From assembly GCF_964355755.1 (NCBI RefSeq), contig NC_092673.1, positions 14,976,948-15,040,947 on the forward strand: 64,000 bases of DNA, given 5' to 3'. The notes beneath the pieces are model-generated. The model was not told the DNA's origin. It did not search any database and saw only the letters and a program-made list of their open reading frames with translations. A program made the position numbers and the translations under genes. The DNA is from Antedon mediterranea. Lineage: Eukaryota; Animalia; Echinodermata. This document shows positions 53,101-64,000 of the stretch, piece by piece; the first letter of the stretch is position 1; each line of letters opens with the position of its first letter.

Positions 53101-56100
53101 TGAAATAAAACAAACTCAGCATAAGGGCTCATTACCCCTTTATCTGCAAGATGACACAATGTAAAACAAACATTTGTGTGGAAAGGCAGGACAAATTCCA
53201 GAAATATCTTGTCTGTCCTTCAGATGTGTAATTTCAGACCTCACAGCTCTCCTGATAATGGCGTGTAATTTCATGTCATCTTCCACTCTCCTGCTAAAAT
53301 ACAATTTTGAGTTTTTGAATAAACATAAAAAATATAAGCAACAATAATGTACAACAATTTATAATTTTACAGATTAGGAGCATGCTAATATTATCGGTTC
53401 ATAAATAAAAGCATTAAGTTGGTACCGCATTTTCCGCCTTTTGCATGCCATGACATACTGTACCCTTGTTTAATATTATAGATTCCAATATATTTATATT
53501 TTTAATAGCACTCTCTATGGTTTGGTTAATTTTCTAAATACTATCAATGTTCTCTATAGTTTAAAAACTGCTCTCAAGAAACCTTCATATATTTATTTTT
53601 TTTTCAAGTTGGGAGGCCTGTAAATATATTTGCAGAAAACACTGCACTTACAATTTATTATTTAATCAGCTGTCTTTTTGTAACTTATTTTGTTTCTTCT
53701 TTTTCTAGGATATTGTAAAAATTGACTTGGCTATTAAAAATGGTGAATTTGGCCAGCAAAAGGCATTTGTGGATGCATGCACTAGAGCTATTCAGGGCAA
53801 TGGACGACTACACTTTTTAGGACTGGTTTGTAGGCCTAAATATTTTCTCTGGGTTGTAGTTATTGGTGTGTACATAGAGTAATTAATGTTACTCTGTAAA
53901 ATAACTGTATATGTGTATTGGTAAACTTGAAACTCCAATACAAATCTGATATATTAAAAAAGATAATTTATATTTTGCACAGGTAAGTGATGGTGGTGTT
54001 CATTCACATATAAATCATTTATTAGAATTCTTGAAAGCTGCTAAGTCACATGGAGTGCCTAAAAGTTTCGTGCAATTCTTTGGAGATGGACGCGACACAA
54101 GCCCAGTTAGTGGAGGTGAGTATTTCAAATCGTTGCTGTTTAGATGATAATAATAATTATTGGGTACACTCTTTTGTAACACAGGAATGCTCCTTTGTAG
54201 AAGAGGTTCTAGCTTACATGGATAAACCAACATTAGACCTTCTCTTCAAAGAACAATAGAATCATTTTTTGTTGAAATTCCCCTACTTATAAATGGGGCT
54301 GAGCAAGGAAAATTTTTTGCACGACACCCTTTTTGCTTTATTGCTAATTTGACTTGTACTGTACCTTTCTATTCAGACTTGTTTTGTACCTTTCAGTGAT
54401 GCCACAAAAATCGTTACTGTATTTGGTTTGAACCCTAGCATAATTTTTAAACAGTTTTTATTTAACTAAAACAGTGAAATATCTGCAGCAAGTTTTAGAT
54501 TTCCTAAAACAGGAAGATTACGGTTGCTTAGCAACAGTTGTTGGACGATACTATGCAATGGATCGTGATAAACGTCATGAGAGAATTAAGCTTGCCTATG
54601 AAGGTCTTGTGCAAGGAATTGGAGAGTCTACTACTCCTGAAAATGTTATTCAGGTACTAATCATTCTTTCAGAATGCCGATATTACTGTAATTGTAAAAA
54701 GTACTATTTTCTAAAAGACGGCAACACCGCAACAACGACCTAAAGACATTTTTCATAAACTTTACACTGGCATGATATTAATACTGTAGCTATATGAATT
54801 CAAATCACTTTTGTGTTATTTTTCTTAAAAGTAGTGTATTTTGTTAAATTTTATAGTAAAATTTAAAAGAATGTATTTATTTTTGTGAAAATAGAGACAG
54901 CAGTTGACTGTAAAGTTTAACTGTAATTTCCAATTAATGTACAACAATATTCTATAGTATTTTGTCTAAATCTCTGTCTACACTATCAAACTTTATGGAA
55001 CAAAAAAAGTGCCCAAATATGATAGTGATATGCTTAAATATGGTAGTGATATGACATCATCATGTCCATATAATGGGCAAGTTTGATAGTGTAGACGGAA
55101 CTTAATAGCAGTTGACTTTGTCTGTACTACAATTATCTCTTATTACTTGAAGGTTGTTAATGCTCGCTATGCCAATAAAGAAACCGATGAATTTTTGAAG
55201 CCAATAATAGTAGAACCAGAAGGTAGAATTCAAGATGGAGACACCTTAGTTTTCATTGATTTCCGTTCAGATAGAATGCGACAAATCGTAGAGGCGTTTG
55301 CGATTCAGCGACACTTTGAAACAAGTGTCGTACCAAAAGACTTGGTAAATTTTGAAAACATTTGATATTATTTATTTACAATTATTTTCTAATTATAATT
55401 TGTCATAAATATATTTCATCACCTGTAATTATATATAATTTATTGTCCTTTAACAATTGGTTTTATTGTTATAGACATGTACTTTGACCAAATAAAAGGT
55501 CTGGGTTAAATTATTTACCTGATAAAACCATAAGCTAAAGACTGGAGCCCATTTTCTGGAAAACAATAGGTTTCGGGTTAAATTTTAACCTTTTATATAA
55601 TAATAATATCCTGGATATATATAGCGTCTAAGCGTTGAACATTATTACCCCAGTCTTTTTTTTTGGATCAAACACCTATGGAAACATAATCATTATTTTA
55701 GTTTTAGAACTACAAAATGGCCAAAGTTTGATTTTACTCATCTTTATATTTCGAGGACGATCCATCAACAGGCTTATCATTCCTGTTAACCACTACAAAC
55801 AGCTTTTGGCCAAAGCAACTTTTACTGTATATCACAAAAATATGATGAAATCATTATAATGTATCTTTTGCAGCATGTTGTGTGTATGACACAGTATAAG
55901 AGTGATTTTGGTCTGCCAGTGATTTACCCACCTACATCAACGGTCAATGTCCTTGCTGAATGGATTGCCTCAAAGAAAATGACACAATATCATTGTGCAG
56001 GTAATTCACACACTTCCAGTCTTTTTCACACAATAACTGGCAGTTATATTTATGTTTATTCTTCATACATATGGTTTAATTATTGTAATATATATAATTT

Positions 56101-58559
56101 TTTTTAATTTTTCTGGAAAAAAAAACAAAGAACAGATAAAAATGAGGAACCTTATCTTAAAGATGTATTGTCCCTTTGACTAATTCCCAACAAATTTGTT
56201 TTAAAATATTTCGAAAAAAAGTGGGTCATTTTGAAGTATCATAATAGTTTCTTTCTTTTTTCTTATTACTTTCACCAAAAATTAGTCGAAAAAAAAAATC
56301 ATTTAACTGAAATACAGACGTTTTTTTGTTCTAAAAATAATTTTGACTTTCAGTCAAAGTTTTCGATCAAAACATATTTCATAATGCAACAGGCTTGTTT
56401 GGCTACTCTGTATACATAATCATAAAACTTCCTCGCGATCTGTGTGAAAACACCTTCTCAACCGTGACGAGTTGTAAACAATCCTAATTAGCATCATGCA
56501 TAATGCATACTCATGGTTTGAAATCTTTGTTTGCTTTCGCTCGCAGCGATTTTCCAGAAGAAATGTAATCAAATTAATTCTGTTAATTAGGTAAACTTGT
56601 TGTTTTTGGCTTGAATTTTCGACTTATAGTGAATAACTTTAATATTACTTCAATGATATCCAATTTAAATATAGAATATTTTGACCTTCATTTTTTGTGT
56701 TTCAAGGGACAATACATCTTTAAAGCCCAAAAAGTTTTTTAAATAATGTTAATTTTTATTTTAGTTTTTGTAAAAAAATACACCTTACAAGAAAAATAAA
56801 ATGACTTGCATTACAAGAGAGAGTGATAAACCAGTCTGAAACTGTAAAATATTTTTTTTAAATTTATAATATGCATTTTTAACAACATTTTTTTTATAGA
56901 AACAGAAAAATATGCACATGTAACATTTTTCTTCAATGGAGGTGTTGAAAAGAGTTTTGAAGGAGAACAACGCTGTCTTGTTCAGTCACCGAAGGTCGCA
57001 ACCTATGACCTCCAACCGGAGATGAGTGTTATGGGCGTTGCAGAAAAGGTTAATATTTTCCGATTTTTTATGACCTACAGTCGTTGAATTCAGTAACACA
57101 AACATTTGTCACAAATGCACAATTGTCACAAAAAAATTGACAAATAGTTTAGTGGACAAGGACGATCATTCTACTACTCCTAAAACTCTGAATATATATT
57201 AATTATTAATTATAATTTCAGATGGTTGAGACAATAGAAAGTGGGAAATTCCCATTTGTCATGTGTAACCTTGCACCTCCTGACATGGTTGGACATACTG
57301 GTGTTTATGATGCTACAGTGAAAGCATGTACACAGACTGGTAAGTAGTTTATGATGCTACAGTGAAAGCATGTACACAGACTGTTAAGTAGTTTATGATG
57401 CTACAGTGAAAGCATGTACACAGACTGGTAAGTAATTTATGATGCTACAGTGAAAGCATGTACACAGACTGGTAAGTAGAGTTTAAAATATAATGTAAGG
57501 ATTCTGTAGCTTGTTAGCTATGCAACAGGCTTGTCATAACATGTTACTGTGTTCAAATCATTCTATTGAACTAGCAGTTAAATGAGCGCCGTTTGTACGT
57601 TCAAATGGGTCCCACACCTGTGCACAATTCAGTAGTAGGGTGCGAGTCGCAGGTTATCCTCTCCAACATTTACATTTTCACATTTAGAAAGTATGATGCA
57701 GTAATGTAGTTCTATTTTATAGCTGTTTTAAAGTACTTATTTTTTTATATCAAAAATATTATATGTTAGTCTGAAAATCATGTACTGTATATATTATTGC
57801 AGATAAAGCCATAGGTTTAATGGTAGAGGCATGCAAGAAACATAACTACACATTTTTAGTGACAGCTGATCATGGCAATGCTGAGTTGATGATAGATGAG
57901 GCTGGGAAGCCAGTCACAAAGCATTCTACAAATCGAGGTACAGTAGAATCCCTATTGAGGACCCATACTAAGTGTCTTAATAGTTATGATTTGTGGGTAA
58001 AGTGTCACTTTATTATTGGGCATAGGATTAGAATGTAATTTCTCCTTGTTTGATATAAAGTTTGCGGTACACCACCTGTATTAGTTCTCAAAAGAACTCA
58101 CGCCTGAGAGAATGATCAAAGCATATTGATCGAAACGTCGAGAAACTCAACAGTTCTTTTCAGAACTAATACACGTGGTGTAACGCAAACTTTATATCAA
58201 CATTTGATTTCGCCATGCAAACCTTCAAACAATATATTCTCCTTGTTTGTTTAACATGAAAGTGTCTGCTTAATAGAGGTGTTACCTGAATAGGTAACAC
58301 CTCAGGTTTGTCATGGAAAAGTATAGGGTGTCCCAAAATATTATTTTTGATAAATTAAATAGATTTTTAGGTACATATTTCCAATAATTACAATGACAAT
58401 TTCTTTTTAACTGTAGTTCCATTTGGCATGACTGGAGAACACAAATTCAAGAATATTACCCATAACGCCTCACTGGCTGACGTTGCTCCAACAGTTTTAA
58501 GCCTAATGGGATTGGATATCCCATCTGAAATGACTGGACAAACATTACTACATAAGTAG
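50115..58559 (+). CDS. gpmI: 2,3-bisphosphoglycerate-independent phosphoglycerate mutase (iPGM), 11 coding exons, 506 aa
   Basis: Exons 50115-50169, 52899-53071, 53709-53825, 53983-54115, 54475-54653, 55153-55344, 55874-56000, 56900-57048, 57222-57339, 57803-57937, 58417-58559. All introns are GT-AG and phases join (1521 nt). Motifs: [14 protein letters not shown] (catalytic Ser), [59 protein letters not shown]. Confidence 0.95.
50669..51097. mobile_element. MITE-like element with ~63-bp TIRs, internal tRNA-like A/B boxes and 19-bp tandem repeats (iPGM intron 1)
   Basis: CTAAAGATACGGTACCGTATCCAT...TATAGAGGGCGCT (50669-50732) is inverted at 51035-51097. Internal TAGCCTAGTGG (50792) and GGTTCGATAC (50836); TATTTAGGAACGAGTTTTA x4. 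Confidence 0.75.
51151..51840 (-). mobile_element. Second, inverted and diverged copy of the 50669-51097 element, lacking one TIR and carrying a nested MITE
   Basis: 51151-51187 is the reverse complement of 50998-51034, and 51530-51840 is the reverse complement of the rest, ending ...GTACCGTATCTTTAG. Confidence 0.75.
51189..51526. mobile_element. MITE with ~53-bp perfect TIRs and TAA TSD (PIF/Harbinger-like)
   Basis: TAA|TGCACTTGTCAATTGTATGACCCACTATACGACCCCCGGGAGAGGTGCGTCAT ... exact inverse ...CAAGTGCA|TAA. Internal GTGCGTCA/TGACGCAC motifs recur. Superfamily is inferred from the TSD only. Confidence 0.85.
54971..55100. mobile_element. Small MITE (~130 bp) in iPGM intron 5
   Basis: GTCTACACTATCAAACTT ... 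AAGTTTGATAGTGTAGAC inverted termini. Confidence 0.7.
56161..56719. mobile_element. Non-autonomous DNA transposon with TTAA TSD (Kolobok/piggyBac-like), iPGM intron 7
   Basis: TTAA|AGATGTATTGTCCCTT ... AAGGGACAATACATCT|TTAA. Confidence 0.82.
57303..57478 (+). repeat. 4 x 44-bp tandem duplication spanning the 3' end of iPGM exon 9 and its donor site
   Basis: GTTTATGATGCTACAGTGAAAGCATGTACACAGACTGGTAAGTA at 57303, 57347, 57391 and 57435. Confidence 0.95.
58050..58237. mobile_element. Fold-back insertion flanked by ~13-bp direct repeats, possibly Penelope-derived
   Basis: ~40-bp inverted arms (58050-58089 / 58162-58200); TTCTCCTTGTTTG on both sides; internal CTGA..GATCAA/TTGATC-GAAAC motif. Confidence 0.55.
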
Positions 58560-58698
58560 GCCTTTTGTAAAAATATATATTTTAAAATCCAAATGTCTTC
58601 AGTATTGCAACTAATATAACAGTAATTAATAACATACTTAATTATTTTATAGATTATAATTTATTAAGCTGTTTGATGTGCATTCCAATGTATAGATA

Positions 58699-58704
58699 AA
58701 TAAA
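58699..58704 (+). terminator. Probable poly(A) signal of iPGM
   Basis: AATAAA ~140 nt after the TAG stop. Confidence 0.5.
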
Positions 58705-60197
58705 TTTATTAAAGCAATGTAATTGTAATGCAAATAGTGTAACTGAAATATAGTTATTAAACCACACCCAAGTGTATTCTTTCCATTGGATTGGTTAACT
58801 TGGAAAAATGAAATATTGAAATGATAGAGGGTGCTATAATACTACATCAAAATATAGAGGGCGTAATGAAAAACCTAAAAATATTGGAATCGCATAAATG
58901 AATTGTAAACATTACAGACTGATATTAGTATGTTTCTATTCTCTTATCAATATCTAGAGTACTAAAAATATACGTATAGGGAGATTTTTTTGGTTTATCT
59001 AAAATATCGGGAGAAGTTTTAGCAGGAGAGCACAAGATGACTCAAAATATCGAGTGAGTTTTGCCCTTATCGGGAGAGTTGGGAAGAACAGTAGATGTGT
59101 TTGAATAGCCTCCTTATTCAACTCCTAAACATTCATTATTTGAATACTATTTGATGACAATTGGTCCCAGCCATATCTAGATTCAGAGTTTTCTTGAAAT
59201 GAAGTGTATATTATAGAAATAATAGAATTTAATAGTGTATTAAAAACAGTAGAAGAAAAATGGAATGTTCTTTACACACCAATATATACAAGTATTCCAT
59301 CATAAACTAATCCTGATAATGTAATCATTTTCGGGTTTAGTACGCTAATCACCTCAGGCCCAATTATGTAGCAAACTTGTTAAATAAAATTGTGACAAAT
59401 AAAAATAAACTATTATAAATACTGTTTTTTTATTACTTTCTGTATTCATTATTTTGAATGTAAACATATTTTGTTAACAGATTATTGCATGTTATCAAGG
59501 ACCTTCATTAACATTTAGCCCTGATGTTATAAATGTTACCTGGATTTTGAGACTTCTTCTGTGCCCCTCTTGACCAGTTGATATTTTAGTGCAGTTTTAA
59601 ATTGATTTAAACATAATATCATTGTTTTATTACAAGTTATAAGAATACATTGTCAGTTTTTAAAAATATGTACAGTACATGACATGTAATTAACACAACA
59701 GCTTGGCTAGACTTGCCCGAAATCTCTTAGTCTCCAGTCGGCGTTTCAATTTTTATTCAAAATAGTGATCTCAAGTATTATACGTATCAAACGCCATATG
59801 TGCCACCCAAAAGAAGCTTTTAACTGTTTGTTTCCACTCAGCGTTAGATATTGATATTCTTACACAACACCAAACTCCATTGAACCACACTGAACAGTTA
59901 AAATCGCCATTTTCCCTGATGGATGGTCTTATTTAGAACCTCCTTAATACAATAGGTTTGGATGATCATCGTAACTAGCCCGCAGCATCGTAAGCATTTT
60001 AAGAATTACCTCATCGTACGATGCATGTGGTTCATTGGGGTTGAGTGTGGTACTTTATCAGTGACATCACCTCAGTACGATTTTCTGATGATTTATAATG
60101 AGCCATTTACATCATTTAATGTTGCTCAATTAACCCACACAAAACATACATTATCAATTACTATCAAATTACAAACAAAATACACATGTGCCATTCA

Positions 60198-61137
60198 TCA
60201 CCTAATAGTTGAATGCATTGCGCACTCTACAGATGTAAAGTTTGGGAATTTTTCCAATGAAGTTTGCTGTAGTGGCGCGTACACCTTAATCTGCCTCATG
60301 TGCGTATCGCGTCCGTTCTGATGATTCGACAGAACTGCCAACTGCAAAGTGAATGTCCTTATTCTCCGACCTTTACTGTCCTTTAGCGGGATTCGAACCC
60401 AGCCTGTTGGTTCATTCATGTCAAGCACTTCAATCTCCTGTAGGTCATGGAAATTGTTTCCAGCTCTCACTGATATTTTACTAGGAGTATAGCTTTCATC
60501 TGATTTGTAATCAGCATACAGGGCAATGCTATCAATAGTTATTTTTCTTCGAAACTGAATATTTATCAAGTGTGGTTGAGTCCCATCTGATTGCCAATAT
60601 GTTTCTAAAAAATTAAAAATATTCATTACTGTATTTATTTAACAAAAACTATAGAATGAAAAATCACACTAAAAGAAGATTTTTTTCTCTCCCATAGTGA
60701 TGAGATTTGAAGATCGTAACAAAACTGTTATTCTAAAACCATGCTCGTGAAAAGAGGGTATTCCTCTCACCAAGAGGAACTGCCATTTTTAGACAATAAG
60801 TGGTCATACACAATTATATTATTATTAATGACACCTAGGTTAACTGTGTAATTCACTTCAATACTATGGGAAGGAAGTATTTTAACGGGTTAGTTAGGGG
60901 TGCGGTTAATTTAGAGGTTAGCGACATGCACTAGTGTCTAGGCATGTGTGGTACTATTATGTATAGTATTGTTTTGTGTTTGAGAGTCCATATTTTACCA
61001 TGTGTGTCATCTCTTAGCTGCTCAATGCCAAATCCTGGTTTACATGTTGACAGCGACCAAACTGCCTGGATGCCAATCTCGCGCAACCCTTCTTTGGCTG
61101 GATCCAGCTCCTCAAACTTTGCCTTTCGTGTTGTCAT
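60198..61137 (-). CDS. ANAPC10: Anaphase-promoting complex subunit 10 (APC10/DOC1), 2 coding exons, 181 aa
   Basis: Exons 61137-60999 and 60604-60198 (GT-AG, phase 1). Translation REIGIQAVWSLSTCKPGFGIEQLRDD..ETYWQSDGTQPHLINIQF..DESYTPSKISVRAG..NHQNGRDTHMRQIKV, ending in the C-terminal IR motif. Confidence 0.95.
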
Positions 61138-61669
61138 AGTAGTAGTAGTATACAATGTATTATTATTCTATAAATAATCAATATTATTATTATTTATATT
61201 AATCTGTATCTAGCTTGTAGCCTAGGCCTAGCTAGACATAAAAATAAAATTAAAGACAATTTATTTTTAGGCCTAGCCTAGTAGTAGTAGGGCCTACTAT
61301 CTAGGCTACTACTACTACTAACTAGTCAAGCAAGCCTGCCTTTCTACTTAACTTACATAGGACTATATTATTATATAGGACGTTAGTTTGTGCTGGTGAG
61401 ATTAAATGAGGGCCTCTAGATGTAGTATACCAAGTACTAGCCTAGGAATACTACTACCGGTACTAGGCTAGGCCTAGCGTAGCAGCTAGGCTCTATATGC
61501 ACGGGACCCACACACACACAGTGCTTCGTTCAAACTCAGCCAGGGCCAGGCTGCTGCTGGAGCCTGCAATCAATCGTCACTCTGCACTGGTCAATGGTTA
61601 ACCGTACGGAAAACATTTAAGCACAGTATTAGGTTTATCCGTGCCTCCTTCCTGTTCAAATTCTTACAT

Positions 61670-62012
61670 TGTTTTAATTCCTCTCGTCTCTCTGCTTTTA
61701 CTCGCGTAAACTTCGAATGAAAACAGCAAGAACTGTAAGTTTGATGACTAACCCCGCTGTTGATGATTTAACTGGATCTATTTCTAGATGACCAGGAGTA
61801 ACCTGGCTTTTGATTGGTTCTTGCGCATATCCCATGTGACTCTAGATTTGTAATTGAGGATCTGGTGTGTGTGTGTGTGCGCTTTTAGGATCGTCGGAGA
61901 GAAAACAACGAAGACGACGACGAAATAACGTGAGTGCAGCACCAGTTTTAGTGCAGCGAGTAGGCCTACGTTTTTTCTGCAGCTGTATAAGATTCTTATT
62001 TACAAAAAAAAC
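61670..62012. promoter_or_regulatory. Probable bidirectional promoter region for ANAPC10 and MSL3
   Basis: The divergent start codons are 876 bp apart. Locally CpG-richer, with an inverted CCAAT box (TGATTGG ~61811) next to TTGCGCAT. TSS positions are not determinable. Confidence 0.5.
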
Positions 62013-64000
62013 ATGGAGGAACCTAGAGTAATAGCAACCCGTGGACTGAAACAAGCGAATTTCTCTGTTGGAGAGAAAATTTTGTGTTATGAACCAGATG
62101 TATCAAAGGCGAGAGTGCTTTATGAATCAAAAGTAAGTATCAGAAACACAAAATAATTGTGGCTAGGGCCTAGCGAGGCCCTGGCTGGTTAGTGTTTTAT
62201 CTCTGTGTTTTGCGGGGGAGAAAGGTTGTAGTAGTAGTATAGTACACTACACACTTACTTTAATGAGCGTTTGGCATGTCCACTTTTATTGTCCATAATT
62301 TGTAAAAGTTTACTTATTACAGAAATTAGCATAAATGTATGTAAAGAAAATAAACGATAATATTTCGGCATTTCAGCAAGCAAGTAAAGTACAACATTCA
62401 TTCAAGCAAGCAGGTACTAGGGCCTAGCTTAGTTAGGCTATCCTATCCTATGCTTACAGACAGACAAAAATGTTTTGTGATGTGCACTGGTTTTCTACTA
62501 CTAGGCCTAGCCTAGACTCAATAAATTAATATCATTGTATTTTTTCTTGCACTGTTATTTTGTATCACTACAAATTACAATTAACTCATATTTTTTTAAG
62601 ATGATGGATTGATGAATGTTGTATAATATAAATATGATTGATGAGACTTACATATTTAATTACGATTTTGTTTTCATAGCCAGGATTAAAGTTGGTTATA
62701 TTTGCAAAGAATTAATGATTCAAAAGGATTACTTTGTAATTTCTGTCAACAACCTTAGGCCTATTTTATTGGTGTACTGACTGCATATTTACAAATAGTG
62801 CAGCAGGAAAGATTGCTACAGTACTACACCACTTTTAATACTTACTAGGCCTAATACTAGTAGTAGGCCTAACCCATGATGATAGATATACTACTGTCCA
62901 AAGCTCAAAGTAAATCATCATAGTCATACAGTATGCAGAATAAACTTTTTTTTAAACTTGGTTTTCCTAAGAATAATTATTTTTAATGCGCAGCCTTAAT
63001 TATAAAGATGTATTGTCCCCCAAAAACATGAAAAATGAAGATTAATTAAATCAGACTTTGAATATGCTATTTTGTAGTTTTAATAAAATGAATCACTTCC
63101 GTAGAAACAAATGGAAACAAGTAATGTTTTCACTTATAAAATGGCACAATAAATGGTTAAATTCAACCAAAAACCCATTGGCTGGCAGCCAATTTGACAA
63201 TTTTTTTGCTTTAAATTACTGTTTTTTCAGGTAAATACATTTTCTTTCGATCCAATTTTTGGTCAAAGTGGATAAATATTATGTTACATTAAAATGACAT
63301 ATTCAACAAAAAATTTGTTAATAATTATTTTTCAGGGGGACAATACATCTCTAACTAAAACATCGCTCTCAGTCAATACATTTAACACTTTTTTAAAGAC
63401 AGTTTTTATGTAAATATATAATATTTATATATTTATACTTTCAGCTTCTGCTGCTTTTTGTATATGTTTTTTTATACCGAAATAAATAAATAAAAATAAA
63501 CTAACCAGACTTGTTCACTGCTGTGTACATAAAGATTTAACATTCAGTTTCTTTAAGTACACCAAAAGCCCAGTTAATGCTAAAGATTCAGGACAGACAA
63601 TAAAGCAGTATATTGACACAATTATTAGTACTATAGCAGCATTAGTACTAACATAAAACTCATTCTCACTGTCTTGGACTACAGTATGTCATCTCAAATG
63701 AACATTACATCTTTTAAGAATAAATTTACGAATAATTATTAATGGATACTTGCTGACAATTTATGAAATAGTGTTTTTCATAATTACCAAATTTATAATT
63801 ATTATATTGTATAAAGGAATTATTGAGTCATAGTGGCCTAGGTCGTTTTTGTTTTTCCTGACCTGTTTTTATTGGGTTTTGTTTTGGTCAAATAAATAAA
63901 TGAAATGAAATACATTTTGTTTTAAAGATATTGGATGTTGATTGGACAAGAGATGAAAAGGGAAAGAGAGTGCCAGAATATCTTGTCCATTTTAATGGTT
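62013..64000 (+). CDS. MSL3: Male-specific lethal 3 homolog (chromo-barrel N-terminus), partial
   Basis: Exon 62013-62132 (MEEPRVIATRGLKQANFSVGEKILCYEPDVSKARVLYESK) and exon 63928-end (ILDVDWTRDEKGKRVPEYLVHFNG) match the MSL3 signature [38 protein letters not shown]. Not in the ORF track. Confidence 0.92.
63006..63350. mobile_element. Second member of the AGATGTATTGTCCC-TIR transposon family, MSL3 intron 1
   Basis: AGATGTATTGTCCCCC ... GGGGGACAATACATCT with degenerate TTAA flanks (ATAA/CTAA). Confidence 0.75.

Noticed and set aside
59962-61177. Plus-strand ORFs 59962-60321 and 60944-61177
   Set aside because: Antisense shadows of ANAPC10 exons and UTR.

Overview
AT-rich animal genomic DNA with spliceosomal introns. 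It is an invertebrate, because it encodes cofactor-independent PGM; a non-vertebrate deuterostome is plausible but is inference. About 40 kb (1-33203 and ~42620-49200) is a head-to-tail array of ~170-bp units. Each unit is a 73-nt tRNA-Ala gene or pseudogene plus a ~97-bp AT-rich spacer, roughly 230-240 copies by length/unit arithmetic. One tRNA body carries three interchangeable anticodons (AGC, TGC, CGC), keeps the G3:U70 Ala identity pair, and occurs as recurrent defective variants arranged in higher-order repeats. The array is interrupted by a 5'-truncated, antisense Tx1/L1-type LINE (33204-~42618). That LINE is itself split by a young, full-length Gmr1-type Gypsy LTR retrotransposon (35770-41796) with integrase before RT, a CCATC TSD and a tRNA-Leu PBS. 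An 18-bp minisatellite caps the array. Ordinary genes follow: an 11-exon iPGM (+), ANAPC10 (-) and the start of MSL3 (+, head-to-head with ANAPC10), with several intronic MITEs. Smaller oddities: TA-flanked footprint-like insertions (TAGGCCTA, TACAGTA), anticodon-shifted Ala bodies (TCC), a 4x duplicated exon end with its splice donor, and a hammerhead-like motif.
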